A DNA stretch of 64,000 bases. Source: Pseudomonadota bacterium. Its GTDB lineage: Bacteria > Bdellovibrionota_C > UBA2361 > SZUA-149. Under the pieces are notes generated by a model. That model ran no database searches. It worked only from the letters and a program-made list of their open reading frames with translations, and was not told the DNA's origin. Positions 8,878 to 18,830 of this stretch are shown piece by piece. Numbering within the stretch: the stretch's first letter is position 1; every line of letters starts with the position of its first letter. Position numbers and translations under genes: made by a program. The DNA lies in NCBI GenBank assembly GCA_029555385.1, contig JAKPSH010000207.1, positions 7,092 through 71,091 of the forward strand, in the 5' to 3' direction.

Positions 8878-9762
8878 ATGGCAGAAGCTAAAGCAGTCGT
8901 CGGAATAACAGCCAAGCACGCCCACCCGGAAGCCCTGCCGCTTACCCAAGCGCTTTTGGCTTGGCTTGAAGCGCGCCAAGTGCCGTTTCGCGTGGACAAA
9001 GTGACGGCCCAGAATCTGGGGCTTACTGTGGCCGAGTCTGTACTTATTGCACGCGAATGCCTAAGCACTGAGTGCAGCCCTTTGGTTATCCTCGGCGGAG
9101 ATGGGACTTTCATCAGCGTCTGCCGCCATCCTGCTCCGCGCCCGCCGGTTGTGATCGGCGTCAATCTGGGCACTCTCGGGTTTTTGACCGACATCACCAC
9201 CTCCGAGCTTTACTCCGTACTCGAAGCAGCCTTGGCCGGACGCGCACAAGTTGAGCCGCGCCGGCTCTTGTCTGCGGCGGTCGAGTGCGACGGCATAGAA
9301 ACTGAACGCTTCACGGCTCTCAACGACATTGTCATTTCCAAAGAAACGCTGGCGCGAATTTTTACAACTGATGTTTTTATCGACGGTGCGTTTGCCGCAC
9401 CGCTTCGCGGTGACGGAGTAATTGTGGCAAGCCCAAGCGGCTCAACCGCCTACTCACTTGCTGCGGGCGGGTCGATCGTTCATCCGGGAGTTGATGCCAT
9501 ACTGCTTTCCCCCATCTGTTCGCACTCATTGACCACCCGTCCGCTGGTCCTTCCCGGAAATTCCGTAATCGAGCTCCGCCCGGCCGATATTCGCAATGTC
9601 GGCGCTGTCTTCCTCTCGGTTGACGGCCAAGAAGGCCGCCCGCTTATTGAGGGAGAGCAGGTGCGGGTTACGACAAGCAGCCACAGTTTCCTCTTTGCCA
9701 AATCCCCTTCAAAAAGCTATTACGAGGTGTTAGGCGCAAAGCTGAAATGGGCAGCACGGTAA
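8878..9762 (+). CDS. nadK: NAD+ kinase
   Basis: GGDGT motif, NLGTLGFL, LND, SPSGSTAYSLAAGG; adjacent to recN as is common. Confidence 0.95.
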   Translation: MAEAKAVVGITAKHAHPEALPLTQALLAWLEARQVPFRVDKVTAQNLGLTVAESVLIARECLSTECSPLVILGGDGTFISVCRHPAPRPPVVIGVNLGTLGFLTDITTSELYSVLEAALAGRAQVEPRRLLSAAVECDGIETERFTALNDIVISKETLARIFTTDVFIDGAFAAPLRGDGVIVASPSGSTAYSLAAGGSIVHPGVDAILLSPICSHSLTTRPLVLPGNSVIELRPADIRNVGAVFLSVDGQEGRPLIEGEQVRVTTSSHSFLFAKSPSKSYYEVLGAKLKWAAR

Positions 9763-9801
9763 GGGCCCGGTATTGGGAAGTTTGTAGCACCCAAGAAAAC
9801 A

Positions 9802-11544
9802 ATGCTCTCAGTTATCCGAATTAAGAATTTTGCGATCGTCGAAGAGGTCGAACTCGAATTCGGTCCCGGTCTCAATGTGATCACCGGAGAGACTGGCGCA
9901 GGCAAATCGATCATCCTCAAAGCCATTGAACTGCTAACCGGCAGGCGCGTCTCAAGTGATATTGTACGCAGCGGCGCCGAACAGTGCATCATTGAAGGTC
10001 TGTTCGAGCTGAGCGCGAGCGCGCGTGCGCAACTGCTCGATACGGCCGATGATGCCGCGCAGCTAATCGACGGGGACGAGGTCTTGGTGCGCAGGGTAAT
10101 CGACCGCTCGGGAAGGAGCAAGACTTATGTCAACGGCAGCATCGTGACCGCCGGACTGCTGCAGGCGCTTACCCAGCCCCTGCTCGACCTGACGGGCCAG
10201 CACGAGCATCAACGCTTGCTGGATGCCGCGGAGCACCTTAATTTACTTGACCAGTTCGGCGTTGATGCCGGGCTGCGGCAGGAAACCGCGAGCGCATACG
10301 CAGCCTTCGCCAAAGCAAAGAAAATACTGGAAACATTCAAGAAAGACAGCGAGCAAAGCCGCCGTTATTTTGAGCACCTGCAAGAAGAAAAGAAAGAGCT
10401 GGACATGGCCGCCATCCAACCCGGTGAGCGGGATGAGCTGGAGCAAGAACTGAAGCGGCTGGCAAACTTCGAAGCACTGAGCAGCCAGGTTAATTCCTCT
10501 TTACTGCTGCTTGAAGATGATACCGAAGGTATTGAAACCAGGTTACAGAAATTAAGCGCAGTGCTTAGTCATTCTGCCGCGCTTGATACGGAGCTCGCCG
10601 CGCTGCTGCCGCTGGTCGACAGCGCGGCGGCGCAGCTTTCTGAAGCGCGCATAATACTGGCTGGCTATGGCAGCTCCCTGGAATGCGAGCCGGGCCGGCT
10701 CGAATACTTGCGCGAGCGCATCGCTGAGATTGCCCGTCTTGAGAGGAAATACGACAAAAAGTCAGACGAGCTGCTCCGCTATCAGCAGCAGATCACGGAA
10801 GCAATAAACGAAATTGGCGCTCAAGGGTTTGACGAACGGCGCTTACAGGAGAACGCCGACGAATGCCGTAGAACCCTTGATGCTCTGGAGCAGCGTCTTA
10901 GCGCTGAGCGGCAAAAAGTAGCGGAAAAACTTTCCCGCGCAGTCGAAGAGGAGCTGGTCCAGCTTAACATGAAGAAGGCCAAGTTCCGGGTGGAGATTGC
11001 CCCCGCGCCATCCAGCGCTAACGGCGCTGATTGCGTACAGTTTCTTCTCGCGGCGAATCCAGGGGAACCTTTCCTGCCGCTGCACAAAGTTGCGTCGGGC
11101 GGCGAACTCTCCCGAATTCTTCTTGTGCTCAAGACTCTGCTCAACCGCCAGCTTAGTCCGGCAACGCAAATTTTCGATGAAATTGACTCGGGCATCGGCG
11201 GAGCAATAGCTCAGGTTGTTGGCGGTAAACTAAAGCGGGTTTCGCAGACCGCCCAGGTGATACTAGTGACACATGCGCCGCAGATTGCGGCCTTTGCCGA
11301 TGAGCACTTCGTGATTAGCAAACAGCCTGTCGATTCGCGCACAGTCGCAAATGTGCACGTTATCGCTGGTGACGACCGCGTTCGCCAAATTGCCGCGATG
11401 ATGGGTGGAAAACAAGTAACGGCAAATTTTGAGCACTCCGCGCGCGAATTGATAAGCCAAGCTGCTGAGTTTTCAGAGAAAGAATTCTCTGAAGGAAAGA
11501 AAAAGCGCGCATTAAACCCTCGCGAAAAAACTGCGGTTATTTGA
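9802..11544 (+). CDS. recN: DNA repair protein RecN
   Basis: Walker A GETGAGKS, long coiled coil, ASGGELSR signature, FDEIDSG Walker B, VTHAPQIA. Confidence 0.96.
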   Translation: MLSVIRIKNFAIVEEVELEFGPGLNVITGETGAGKSIILKAIELLTGRRVSSDIVRSGAEQCIIEGLFELSASARAQLLDTADDAAQLIDGDEVLVRRVIDRSGRSKTYVNGSIVTAGLLQALTQPLLDLTGQHEHQRLLDAAEHLNLLDQFGVDAGLRQETASAYAAFAKAKKILETFKKDSEQSRRYFEHLQEEKKELDMAAIQPGERDELEQELKRLANFEALSSQVNSSLLLLEDDTEGIETRLQKLSAVLSHSAALDTELAALLPLVDSAAAQLSEARIILAGYGSSLECEPGRLEYLRERIAEIARLERKYDKKSDELLRYQQQITEAINEIGAQGFDERRLQENADECRRTLDALEQRLSAERQKVAEKLSRAVEEELVQLNMKKAKFRVEIAPAPSSANGADCVQFLLAANPGEPFLPLHKVASGGELSRILLVLKTLLNRQLSPATQIFDEIDSGIGGAIAQVVGGKLKRVSQTAQVILVTHAPQIAAFADEHFVISKQPVDSRTVANVHVIAGDDRVRQIAAMMGGKQVTANFEHSARELISQAAEFSEKEFSEGKKKRALNPREKTAVI

Positions 11545-11757
11545 CCCGTTGTCCGAAATCTGCCTAAGTTTGCTGCCTTGGTAAGCCGTTTTGCGGTTTT
11601 TCCAGTATTTGGCGATTGTTGTCTTTCTTCCACTTGCTGCGCTGTGCGCAAAGTCACTGCCGCGCGCAGCATGAATGTATTAGACCAGTTGCTGATTTCT
11701 TCGCTCGTTCCTGCGCCGGAGGTTTGCGCAGAGAATGCTTTACGGAGCAAGAAAACC

Positions 11758-12807
11758 ATGGAACAGCAGCAGCAAGAGGATACGAGAATTGTGAGATTTT
11801 TCGGGGCGCGAAATCGCTGGGGCGCCGGCAAGCACGTAAGCGTAATTGTCCTTTTAGGAAAGCAGAACGGATTCACTGTCCGGCTCTCGCCTCGCGCACT
11901 CGTCATGCTCTTTGGTCTTTTCATAAGCGCCGCAGTGTTGGCCATTTGGGCACCGCACACGGCCCAGCAGACCGGAGGAGAACAAACAATCACCGCTTCG
12001 CTTCTTGGGAAGTACTTGACTGAACGCAAGCTGAATTCGCCGGACAAAGAAGCGGACAGCGTAGTTGAGGCGAAAATCAAAATGCTCGTTGAAGAGCATC
12101 AGCGTGTCAAAAAATACGAAGAAGAACTGAAGGCGCGGGCTTCCGCATTAAACACGCTGCTTCGTGAGGCGGTAAAGCTTGACGCCCACCGGTTCGAGAG
12201 CACAAACAACAACGCGCACACGGAAAAGAAGGAACTAGTCGATCCTGACGCATCTGGCGTCGGCGGACGAGAGGTTTCCCGTCACAGTCTGCGGCGTTTC
12301 AAGCCGGCATTCCGGCGGCAGAACATTAAAGTAAAACCCGTTCCGGACGACACCCTAGCCCGGCTCGATTATGAGCACGACCGTCTAACCCGAATGCCAG
12401 TCGGCCTGCCCGTTTTTGCGAAGAAAACGTCGGGATATGGCTGGCGCCGTTCGCCGTATGGCGGCAGGACAAAGTTTCACAGCGGCGTCGATTATGCCGT
12501 AGAAAGCGGCGCTCCTGTCGTTGCCACCGGTGATGGTGTTGTACGTTCCGCAAGCTATGAAGGGGCATTAGGCAGCACAGTGCGTGTTGACCATGGAGAC
12601 GGAATCGAAACGGTATACGCTCATTTGTCCCGTATCACGGTGAAATCCGGTCAGAGGATCTGCCGCAGCCAACAGATCGGACTTGTCGGAGCTTCCGGAC
12701 GTGCAACCGGCCCGCACTTGCATTACGAGGTGCTGATTAACGGCGAACCGCACAATCCGGAGCGCTTCGTTCAGCTTGCAAGATTTCTCCGATTTGTTAA
12801 TATCTGA
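11758..12807 (+). CDS. M23 family peptidoglycan endopeptidase with N-terminal TM and coiled coil
   Basis: HSGVD (HxxxD), YAHLS and TGPHLHYEV (HxH) motifs; GGAG RBS before ATG 11758. Confidence 0.9.
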   Translation: MEQQQQEDTRIVRFFGARNRWGAGKHVSVIVLLGKQNGFTVRLSPRALVMLFGLFISAAVLAIWAPHTAQQTGGEQTITASLLGKYLTERKLNSPDKEADSVVEAKIKMLVEEHQRVKKYEEELKARASALNTLLREAVKLDAHRFESTNNNAHTEKKELVDPDASGVGGREVSRHSLRRFKPAFRRQNIKVKPVPDDTLARLDYEHDRLTRMPVGLPVFAKKTSGYGWRRSPYGGRTKFHSGVDYAVESGAPVVATGDGVVRSASYEGALGSTVRVDHGDGIETVYAHLSRITVKSGQRICRSQQIGLVGASGRATGPHLHYEVLINGEPHNPERFVQLARFLRFVNI

Positions 12808-12832
12808 CCGGCTTTAGCAGGCCGCTTATTTT

Positions 12833-12905
12833 GGGCCCATAGCTCAGCTGGGAGAGCGCTGCGTTCGCAATGCAGAGGCCGGCGGTTCGATCCCGCCTGG
12901 GTCCA
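12833..12905 (+). tRNA. tRNA-Ala (anticodon CGC), CCA not encoded
   Basis: Cloverleaf: acceptor GGGCCCA/TGGGTCC with G3:U70, D-arm GCTC/GAGC, anticodon arm CTGCG-TTCGCAA-TGCAG, T-arm GGCGG-TTCGATC-CCGCC, discriminator A. Confidence 0.96.
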
Positions 12906-12923
12906 CACTTCGCCCCCTCGGAG

Positions 12924-13250
12924 CTATTCGCTCCTCAGGGTGCTGCGCGTGCTAAGCCACCACTTCCTCACCAAGGGCAGTGACTGTGTCGAAAGGAAAT
13001 AGCCAATCGTTGGAATCAGGGCGTTGCGCAGACAATTGGGGACTCCAATCAGAAAGAAAACTATAGCGGTGACAACGTAAGTAGCGAGCACCAGGAACAA
13101 TACACGCGTACCGGAGACCTCCCAGGCCTTATCCGCCTCAACCCGCTGATTTCTGCTCTGAATGATCTCAATCTGCCTTTCGAGCGCTTCCAGGCGCCGG
13201 CGCATTTCGTCAAGCAAGAGACTGAGCTGTTTTTCCTCGGCGGTATTCAT
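12924..13250 (-). CDS. Small hypothetical membrane protein
   Basis: Coiled-coil N-terminus, RNQRVEADKAWE motif, two TM helices; 4-nt RBS GGAG just after the upstream stop. Confidence 0.8.
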   Translation of the reverse strand: MNTAEEKQLSLLLDEMRRRLEALERQIEIIQSRNQRVEADKAWEVSGTRVLFLVLATYVVTAIVFFLIGVPNCLRNALIPTIGYFLSTQSLPLVRKWWLSTRSTLRSE

Positions 13251-13265
13251 CGCGAGCGCTCCCCA

Positions 13266-14222
13266 CTACTCGTTGGCCAAGCTGACCTTGACGCGCCCCA
13301 CACGCTGCTCGCGAATCTCGTGGTTGAGCAGTAAGAGCATGGATAGGCACACCGGCACCAAGTAATAAATAATCCGGTAGGCGATAAGACAGCCGAGCAC
13401 TTGATTCGGTCCAATTTGCTCGCCGAGAAAGAAAACCAGCATCGTCTCATAAACCCCCAAACCGCCGGGCACATGGCTGAGAATGCCGATTACCTGACCG
13501 ATCAGGAACACGCCCGCAAAATGGATAAAGCTCACTTGATCGACAGGAAGAAGCACGTAATTCACGCTGGTCGCAAACATCCAATCAACCGCCGCGATTA
13601 TCAGTGCGATGAGCGTCAGCTTGACCGAAGGAAAAGGCCATTCCCATCGCCTAATCCGCAGCGGCCTGGTCCTTAAAGCGCAGGCCAGCACATAAACGAC
13701 AACCACAGCAATGAATATCAGACCAAGCACGACGAGACTCGATGACGGCAAACTTAAACTCGACGGAAGCGGTGGCGGGTCAATGAGCAACACAAGCCCC
13801 GTGAGCAGAAAAAACCCCAGCCAATACGTAATCCCGCTGAACAATATTGCGCGCGCCACCTGCCCCGCGCTAAGCCCCCAACTTGAAAACAAGCGGTAAC
13901 GTGCCGCACCGCCGGAGACGAAAGAAAATCCCAAATTATGACTGATCGTATAGCCAACAAAGGACGCCAAGGCGATGCGCGGATAACTCAGACGCTCCCC
14001 GACGTAAACTATCGCGGTCACATCATAAAGCGTCAGGACCAGATAGCTCACCACGGTCAGCCCGATCGCTAACACCACTTGCTTCCAGCCAATACTGCGG
14101 AACTCCTCGATAACTTGAAAAAAATCAAGGCGGGCAAACTCGTGTGAAAGTACCCAAAGCGAGGCACAAAACAGAGTCAACCCGATCGCGGGCCCAATAA
14201 ACCGTGTTGCTGACTTACTCAT
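13266..14222 (-). CDS. Lysylphosphatidylglycerol synthase TM (MprF flippase-like, UPF0104) domain protein
   Basis: SYLVLTLYD, SHNLGFSFVSGGAARYRLFSSWG, SHVPGGLGVYE and YRIIYYLVP motifs; no synthase domain. Confidence 0.88.
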   Translation of the reverse strand: MSKSATRFIGPAIGLTLFCASLWVLSHEFARLDFFQVIEEFRSIGWKQVVLAIGLTVVSYLVLTLYDVTAIVYVGERLSYPRIALASFVGYTISHNLGFSFVSGGAARYRLFSSWGLSAGQVARAILFSGITYWLGFFLLTGLVLLIDPPPLPSSLSLPSSSLVVLGLIFIAVVVVYVLACALRTRPLRIRRWEWPFPSVKLTLIALIIAAVDWMFATSVNYVLLPVDQVSFIHFAGVFLIGQVIGILSHVPGGLGVYETMLVFFLGEQIGPNQVLGCLIAYRIIYYLVPVCLSMLLLLNHEIREQRVGRVKVSLANE

Positions 14223-14440
14223 ACCATTGATTAATGCGAAATAGAGGGGCATTCGTCAATGGCAAGAAAAATTAACTGCAATTTCACAAAAGTTGCCGGC
14301 CGCAAGAAATTGCGGCCGCCGTGAAACAGCTTGATTATACTTAACGATGCGGGCTTATATGATCGCAAAATTGCTGCGCTGCGCAAAAACCCTTCGCCCC
14401 CCTGCCCTGCCGCCCGTTCAGCACTCCGGACCAACAAAGT

Positions 14441-14530
14441 GCCGGCGGCGCTGCGCCTTTAGCACCCGGCAGCATCGTTCTGGGCGAAGCCTCTGGAGCA
14501 CACAGCAAAAACAATATTGAATCGCTTATT
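14441..14530. repeat. Partial copy of palindromic repeat family D
   Basis: 14441-14497 matches 58638-58694 with 4 mismatches in 57 nt; shared downstream CGCTTATTT. Confidence 0.75.
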
Positions 14531-14619
14531 TTCGGACAAGCTCGGGTGAGCTTTCCTCGTCATACCGGGCCGCCCGCGATTAAAACACGAAGAGGAGCTT
14601 GCTGACCTTTCAGCCCGGC

Positions 14620-15063
14620 TTACGCATAATGGCCAAGTATATAATTCTGCATCTGCCGGTTCTCAGAAACTGCTTCATCAAGCTGACCCTTGACCACGTC
14701 GCCGATCGAGATAATGCCGAGAAGTTTTCCACTTTCCATGATCGGCAAGTGACGAATCCTGTTGTTGGTCATGATCTCCATCACGTCCTGAATCGTATTA
14801 TCTTCCGATCCCAGAATCATCTTCTCCCGCGGAGTCATCACATGGCGCACCTGCATTTCAAACAGCTTCTCACGCACATTATAGGCGGTACGCAGAATAT
14901 CACGTTCCGAGATAATGCCGATCAAAGCGCTATCCTCACCCAGTACGAGCAGCGAGCTGACCCGCCGCTCAGTAAGCAGTTTAACCGCGTCATACAGCGT
15001 GCTCGATGGACTGATACTGACAATCGCGTTGCCTTTGCTCTTCAACAGGTCTCTTACGATCAT
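14620..15063 (-). CDS. CBS domain pair protein
   Basis: LIGIISERD, VMT, IRHLPIM, LLGIISIGDVVK; GGAGGAG RBS. Confidence 0.93.
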   Translation of the reverse strand: MIVRDLLKSKGNAIVSISPSSTLYDAVKLLTERRVSSLLVLGEDSALIGIISERDILRTAYNVREKLFEMQVRHVMTPREKMILGSEDNTIQDVMEIMTNNRIRHLPIMESGKLLGIISIGDVVKGQLDEAVSENRQMQNYILGHYA

Positions 15064-15224
15064 GTCTCCTCCCGTGCTAGCTCATTGTGGTTGGAAAAAC
15101 ACTGCACACGCAGCCGCTTGGAACAATTCTACAGCGCGCTAAAGTACTTGGCATCAGGTGCTCACAAAAAAAATGCGCCACCCCCCCATCACGCCCTAAA
15201 CTGCTGAAACCACGCGTTTTTCAA

Positions 15225-15794
15225 TTAATGGCGCAGCGAAACGCCCCATTTGTCAGCCCATTGCCGGGCGGCTTCTTTTGAAACAAGGCATGCGGCAATG
15301 GTCAGTGCGAACTCAAGCGCGGCTCCCGGACCATTGCCCGTAATCAAATTGCCGTCCACGCTCACCGGCTCGTGAGTTAAAACCGCACCGCTTGCCGCAA
15401 GCTTGCCGTTGAACCCAGGGTCTCCCGCCGAACGCCTGCCGCTAAGCACTTGCGCCGCCTCGCCGAGAACATGGCTGGGCGCAGCACAGATTGCACATAC
15501 AAGCTTCCCCGCAGACATAAACTCCTGCACCAGCGCAATTACCCGCGGATCCGCCGCCAGGCTTTGCGCGTTGCGTTTTCCCCCGGGACATATAATTGCA
15601 TCAAACTCACCTTGAACAGCACTGACCGTTGTATCTGGTACAATTACTGTACCGTAAGCCGCACGGACCGGTCCCGGCACAACTGATGCTGTCACGACTT
15701 CAACCCCCACCCGGTTCAACACATCAATCGGCGCTACGGCTTCAATGTCCTCAAAACCCTCCGCTAACACGACTAATGCTCTCTTCTTTTCCAT
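15225..15794 (-). CDS. DJ-1/PfpI (YajL/ThiJ-like) deglycase/glyoxalase family protein
   Basis: AEGFEDIEA, FDAIICPGG, nucleophile elbow AICAAP, ITGNGPGAALEF. Confidence 0.92.
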   Translation of the reverse strand: MEKKRALVVLAEGFEDIEAVAPIDVLNRVGVEVVTASVVPGPVRAAYGTVIVPDTTVSAVQGEFDAIICPGGKRNAQSLAADPRVIALVQEFMSAGKLVCAICAAPSHVLGEAAQVLSGRRSAGDPGFNGKLAASGAVLTHEPVSVDGNLITGNGPGAALEFALTIAACLVSKEAARQWADKWGVSLRH

Positions 15795-15855
15795 CGTTTA
15801 TTCCTCCGGCGCTATAAGAGACGTGTCACAAAATCCAGCGCCCCCGTCATTCTCT

Positions 15856-15891
15856 AAAAAAAAAGCGCCGGCTGCAACCGCAGCCAGCGCT
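15856..15891 (-). terminator. Intrinsic terminator of ppdK
   Basis: Minus strand AGCGCTGGCTGC-GGTT-GCAGCCGGCGCT followed by a T run. Confidence 0.85.
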
Positions 15892-15928
15892 CATGCTCAC
15901 CAGCGCGATTCCCGCGCGCCAGCCTTGA

Positions 15929-18643
15929 TTATTTACCGCCCTTAATCGCCGCATGTGCGGCAGCAAGCCGTGCGATGGGCACGCGGTATGGTGAGCAGCT
16001 AACATAGTTCAAACCACTCCGGAAGCAGAAATCGACGGAAGCCGGGTCTCCGCCCTGTTCGCCGCAGATGCCGATTTTCAGTTCTCCTCGCGTGGCCCGG
16101 CCTTTGGTTACTGCCATCTGAATCAACTGACCAACTCCGGACTGGTCAATTGTCTGGAACGGGTCTGCCTCAAGCACGCTCCGCTCCAGATAGTCCGGCA
16201 GGAATCCGCCAATGTCATCCCGGCTGAAGCCGAAAGTCATTTGCGTCAGGTCGTTTGTGCCGAATGAGAAAAATTGCGCGGTTTTCGCCATCTCATCGGC
16301 AAGCAGACACGCCCGCGGAATTTCAATCATCGTCCCATAGAGATATTTAATCTCTACGCCGAGCGCCTTCTCAACGTCTGCATGCACCTGATCCACGATC
16401 TTCTTCGTCTGCTCCAGCTCCGCGACCGCACAGGTCACCGGAACCATAATCTCCGGGTAGGCTTTCTTGCCCGCCTTGAGCAGCTCACCGGCGCCTTCGA
16501 AAATCGCCCGCACTTGCATTTCCGTCACTTCTGGATAGCTGATGCCAAGGCGCACACCGCGGTGTCCCATCATCGGGTTGGTTTCATGCAGCAACTCGCC
16601 GCGCTTTTTAATGTCCGCTACGGAGATACCGAGCGCTTTGGCCAGCTCCGACTGCGCTGCTTCGGCCTGAGGCACAAACTCGTGAAGCGGCGGATCAAGC
16701 AGCCGAATTGTCACTGGCAAGCCATCCATCGCTTCCAGCGTAGCCTTCATGTCACGTTTCACAAACGGATACAGTTCGGCAAGCGCCGCCCGGCGTTCCG
16801 CTTCTGTGCTGCTGAGAATCATTTTGCGCAGCAAAAACAGCGGCTCGTCCGCACCTTTGCCGTAAAACATGTGCTCAGTGCGGAACAACCCAATTCCTTC
16901 CGCGCCGAAATCGCGCGCAACTCTGGCATCCTCCGGCGTATCGGCATTGGTGCGCACGCCCATCGTGCGGAACTTATCGACCATTTGCATAAACGCTTTA
17001 AATCGCGGATTCTCCGTCGCATCAATCATCTTCAGCGCGCCGGTATAAACCCGGCCTCGCGTACCGTTGAGGGTAATGAGATCCCCTTCCTTCAGCGTCT
17101 TACCGCCTGCCGATACCGATTTCGCACTCATATTGATTTCCATGCCGCCCGCGCCAACGATGCAGCATTTGCCCCAACCCCGTGCCACAAGCGCCGCGTG
17201 GCTCGTCATTCCGCCGCGGGCCGTGAGAATACCCTCAGCGGCACGCATTCCTTCAACGTCCTCTGGATTGGTCTCTTCGCGGACCAGGATCACCTTTTCG
17301 CCGCGCTTGGCCCAGGCCACCGCATCGGCGGAGCTAAAAACGATCTTTCCGCAAGCACCGCCGGGACCCGCTGGCAGACCACTCACAAGCACTGCTGCGC
17401 TTTTCTCCGCCGCCGGGTCAACTATTGGATGAAGCAGCTCATCAAGCTGGGACGGTTCAACGCGCGTCACCGCGGTCTTTTCGTCAATCAGCTTTTCTTC
17501 AATCATATCCATCGCCATGTTCAGCGCCGCAGTACCTGTTCGCTTTCCGACCCGACACTGCAGCATATAAAGCTTCTTTTCCTGCACCGTGAACTCAATA
17601 TCCTGCATGTCCTTGTAATGGTTCTCCAAGGTTGTGCGAATATCGTAAAGCTGCTTGTAAGTCTCCGGCCATTCTGTCTCGAGGGAAGACAAGTGCTTGT
17701 TCTGCTCATTCTTTGTCGCTTCGTTCAACGGATTCGGAGTGCGGATACCGGCAACCACATCCTCACCCTGGGCGTTGACTAACCACTCGCCGTAGAACTT
17801 GTTCTCTCCGGTCGCGGGGTTTCGCGAAAACGCGACACCAGTAGCGGAAGTTTCACCCATGTTGCCAAAGACCATCGCCTGCACATTGCAGGCCGTACCC
17901 CATTCCTCCGGAATACCTTCAATCTGCCGGTAGGCCACAGCGCGCCGGCCCTGCCAGCTCTTAAACACAGCACCGATACCGCCCCAGAGCTGCGCCTGAG
18001 GGTCATCCGGGAAATCGCGGCCCAATACTTCTTTTACTTTGGCTTTGAAACTTTCGCAGAGCTTCTTCAGATCATCCGCCGTCAGGTCTGTATCTGCGCT
18101 ATAACCTTTGGACTTCTTCATCTGCTCCATCAGGTGCTCAAGCTGGACCCGGATGCCGCGGCCTTCCGCGGGGTCGATATCCTCTGCTTTCTCCATCACG
18201 ACGTCCGAATACATCATGATTAAGCGTCGGTAAGCATCGTAAACGAACCGCTCATTATTTGTTTTCTTGATCAAGCCCGGAATGGTCTTGGAGCAGAGCC
18301 CTACATTGAGCACTGTCTCCATCATTCCCGGCATAGAGCGCCGAGCACCACTGCGGCAGGAAATAAGCAGCGCGTTCCCGGTGTCGCCGAACTTCATGCC
18401 CATCGCGTCCTCAGTTTTCTGGAGCGCCTCGGCTACTTCTTGCTTCAACGAATCCGGAAAAGTGCGGCCCTCTTGGAAATACCGCGTGCAAAATTCTGTA
18501 GAAATCGTGAATCCGGCGGGCACCGGCAGGCCGAGCTTGGCCATCTCCGCCAGGTTGGCACCCTTGCCGCCCAGCAGATTCTTCATACTTGCATCGCCAT
18601 CGGTGAACTTAGGACCGAAAGAATAGACGTACTTGGTACTCAT
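15929..18643 (-). CDS. ppdK: Pyruvate, phosphate dikinase
   Basis: LLGGKGANLAEM, phospho-His motif GGMTSHAALVARG, GIGLFRTEHMF, FSFGTNDLTQ, GICGE. Confidence 0.98.
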   Translation of the reverse strand: MSTKYVYSFGPKFTDGDASMKNLLGGKGANLAEMAKLGLPVPAGFTISTEFCTRYFQEGRTFPDSLKQEVAEALQKTEDAMGMKFGDTGNALLISCRSGARRSMPGMMETVLNVGLCSKTIPGLIKKTNNERFVYDAYRRLIMMYSDVVMEKAEDIDPAEGRGIRVQLEHLMEQMKKSKGYSADTDLTADDLKKLCESFKAKVKEVLGRDFPDDPQAQLWGGIGAVFKSWQGRRAVAYRQIEGIPEEWGTACNVQAMVFGNMGETSATGVAFSRNPATGENKFYGEWLVNAQGEDVVAGIRTPNPLNEATKNEQNKHLSSLETEWPETYKQLYDIRTTLENHYKDMQDIEFTVQEKKLYMLQCRVGKRTGTAALNMAMDMIEEKLIDEKTAVTRVEPSQLDELLHPIVDPAAEKSAAVLVSGLPAGPGGACGKIVFSSADAVAWAKRGEKVILVREETNPEDVEGMRAAEGILTARGGMTSHAALVARGWGKCCIVGAGGMEINMSAKSVSAGGKTLKEGDLITLNGTRGRVYTGALKMIDATENPRFKAFMQMVDKFRTMGVRTNADTPEDARVARDFGAEGIGLFRTEHMFYGKGADEPLFLLRKMILSSTEAERRAALAELYPFVKRDMKATLEAMDGLPVTIRLLDPPLHEFVPQAEAAQSELAKALGISVADIKKRGELLHETNPMMGHRGVRLGISYPEVTEMQVRAIFEGAGELLKAGKKAYPEIMVPVTCAVAELEQTKKIVDQVHADVEKALGVEIKYLYGTMIEIPRACLLADEMAKTAQFFSFGTNDLTQMTFGFSRDDIGGFLPDYLERSVLEADPFQTIDQSGVGQLIQMAVTKGRATRGELKIGICGEQGGDPASVDFCFRSGLNYVSCSPYRVPIARLAAAHAAIKGGK

Positions 18644-18830
18644 TGTTCTAGATTCCCTTTTTCTGATTATTGAGAAATCGGATTTTACTAACTAATTTGG
18701 TGCCCCGGCACTTCCGATACACGGCCAAAGACGGCTAGAAACTAACAACCTCACCCTAACCAGTCAAGAAAGGGAATCATAGCCCGGAGCATGCTTCTCT
18801 GAAAGATTCTTAGCGGATTACTGAGCTTCT

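Noticed and set aside
12833..12925. tRNA-Ala as an integration site for an island or prophage
   Set aside because: No integrase nearby, and I found no duplicate of the tRNA 3' end in the window.
16274..17782. 502-aa plus-strand ORF
   Set aside because: Antisense shadow of ppdK.
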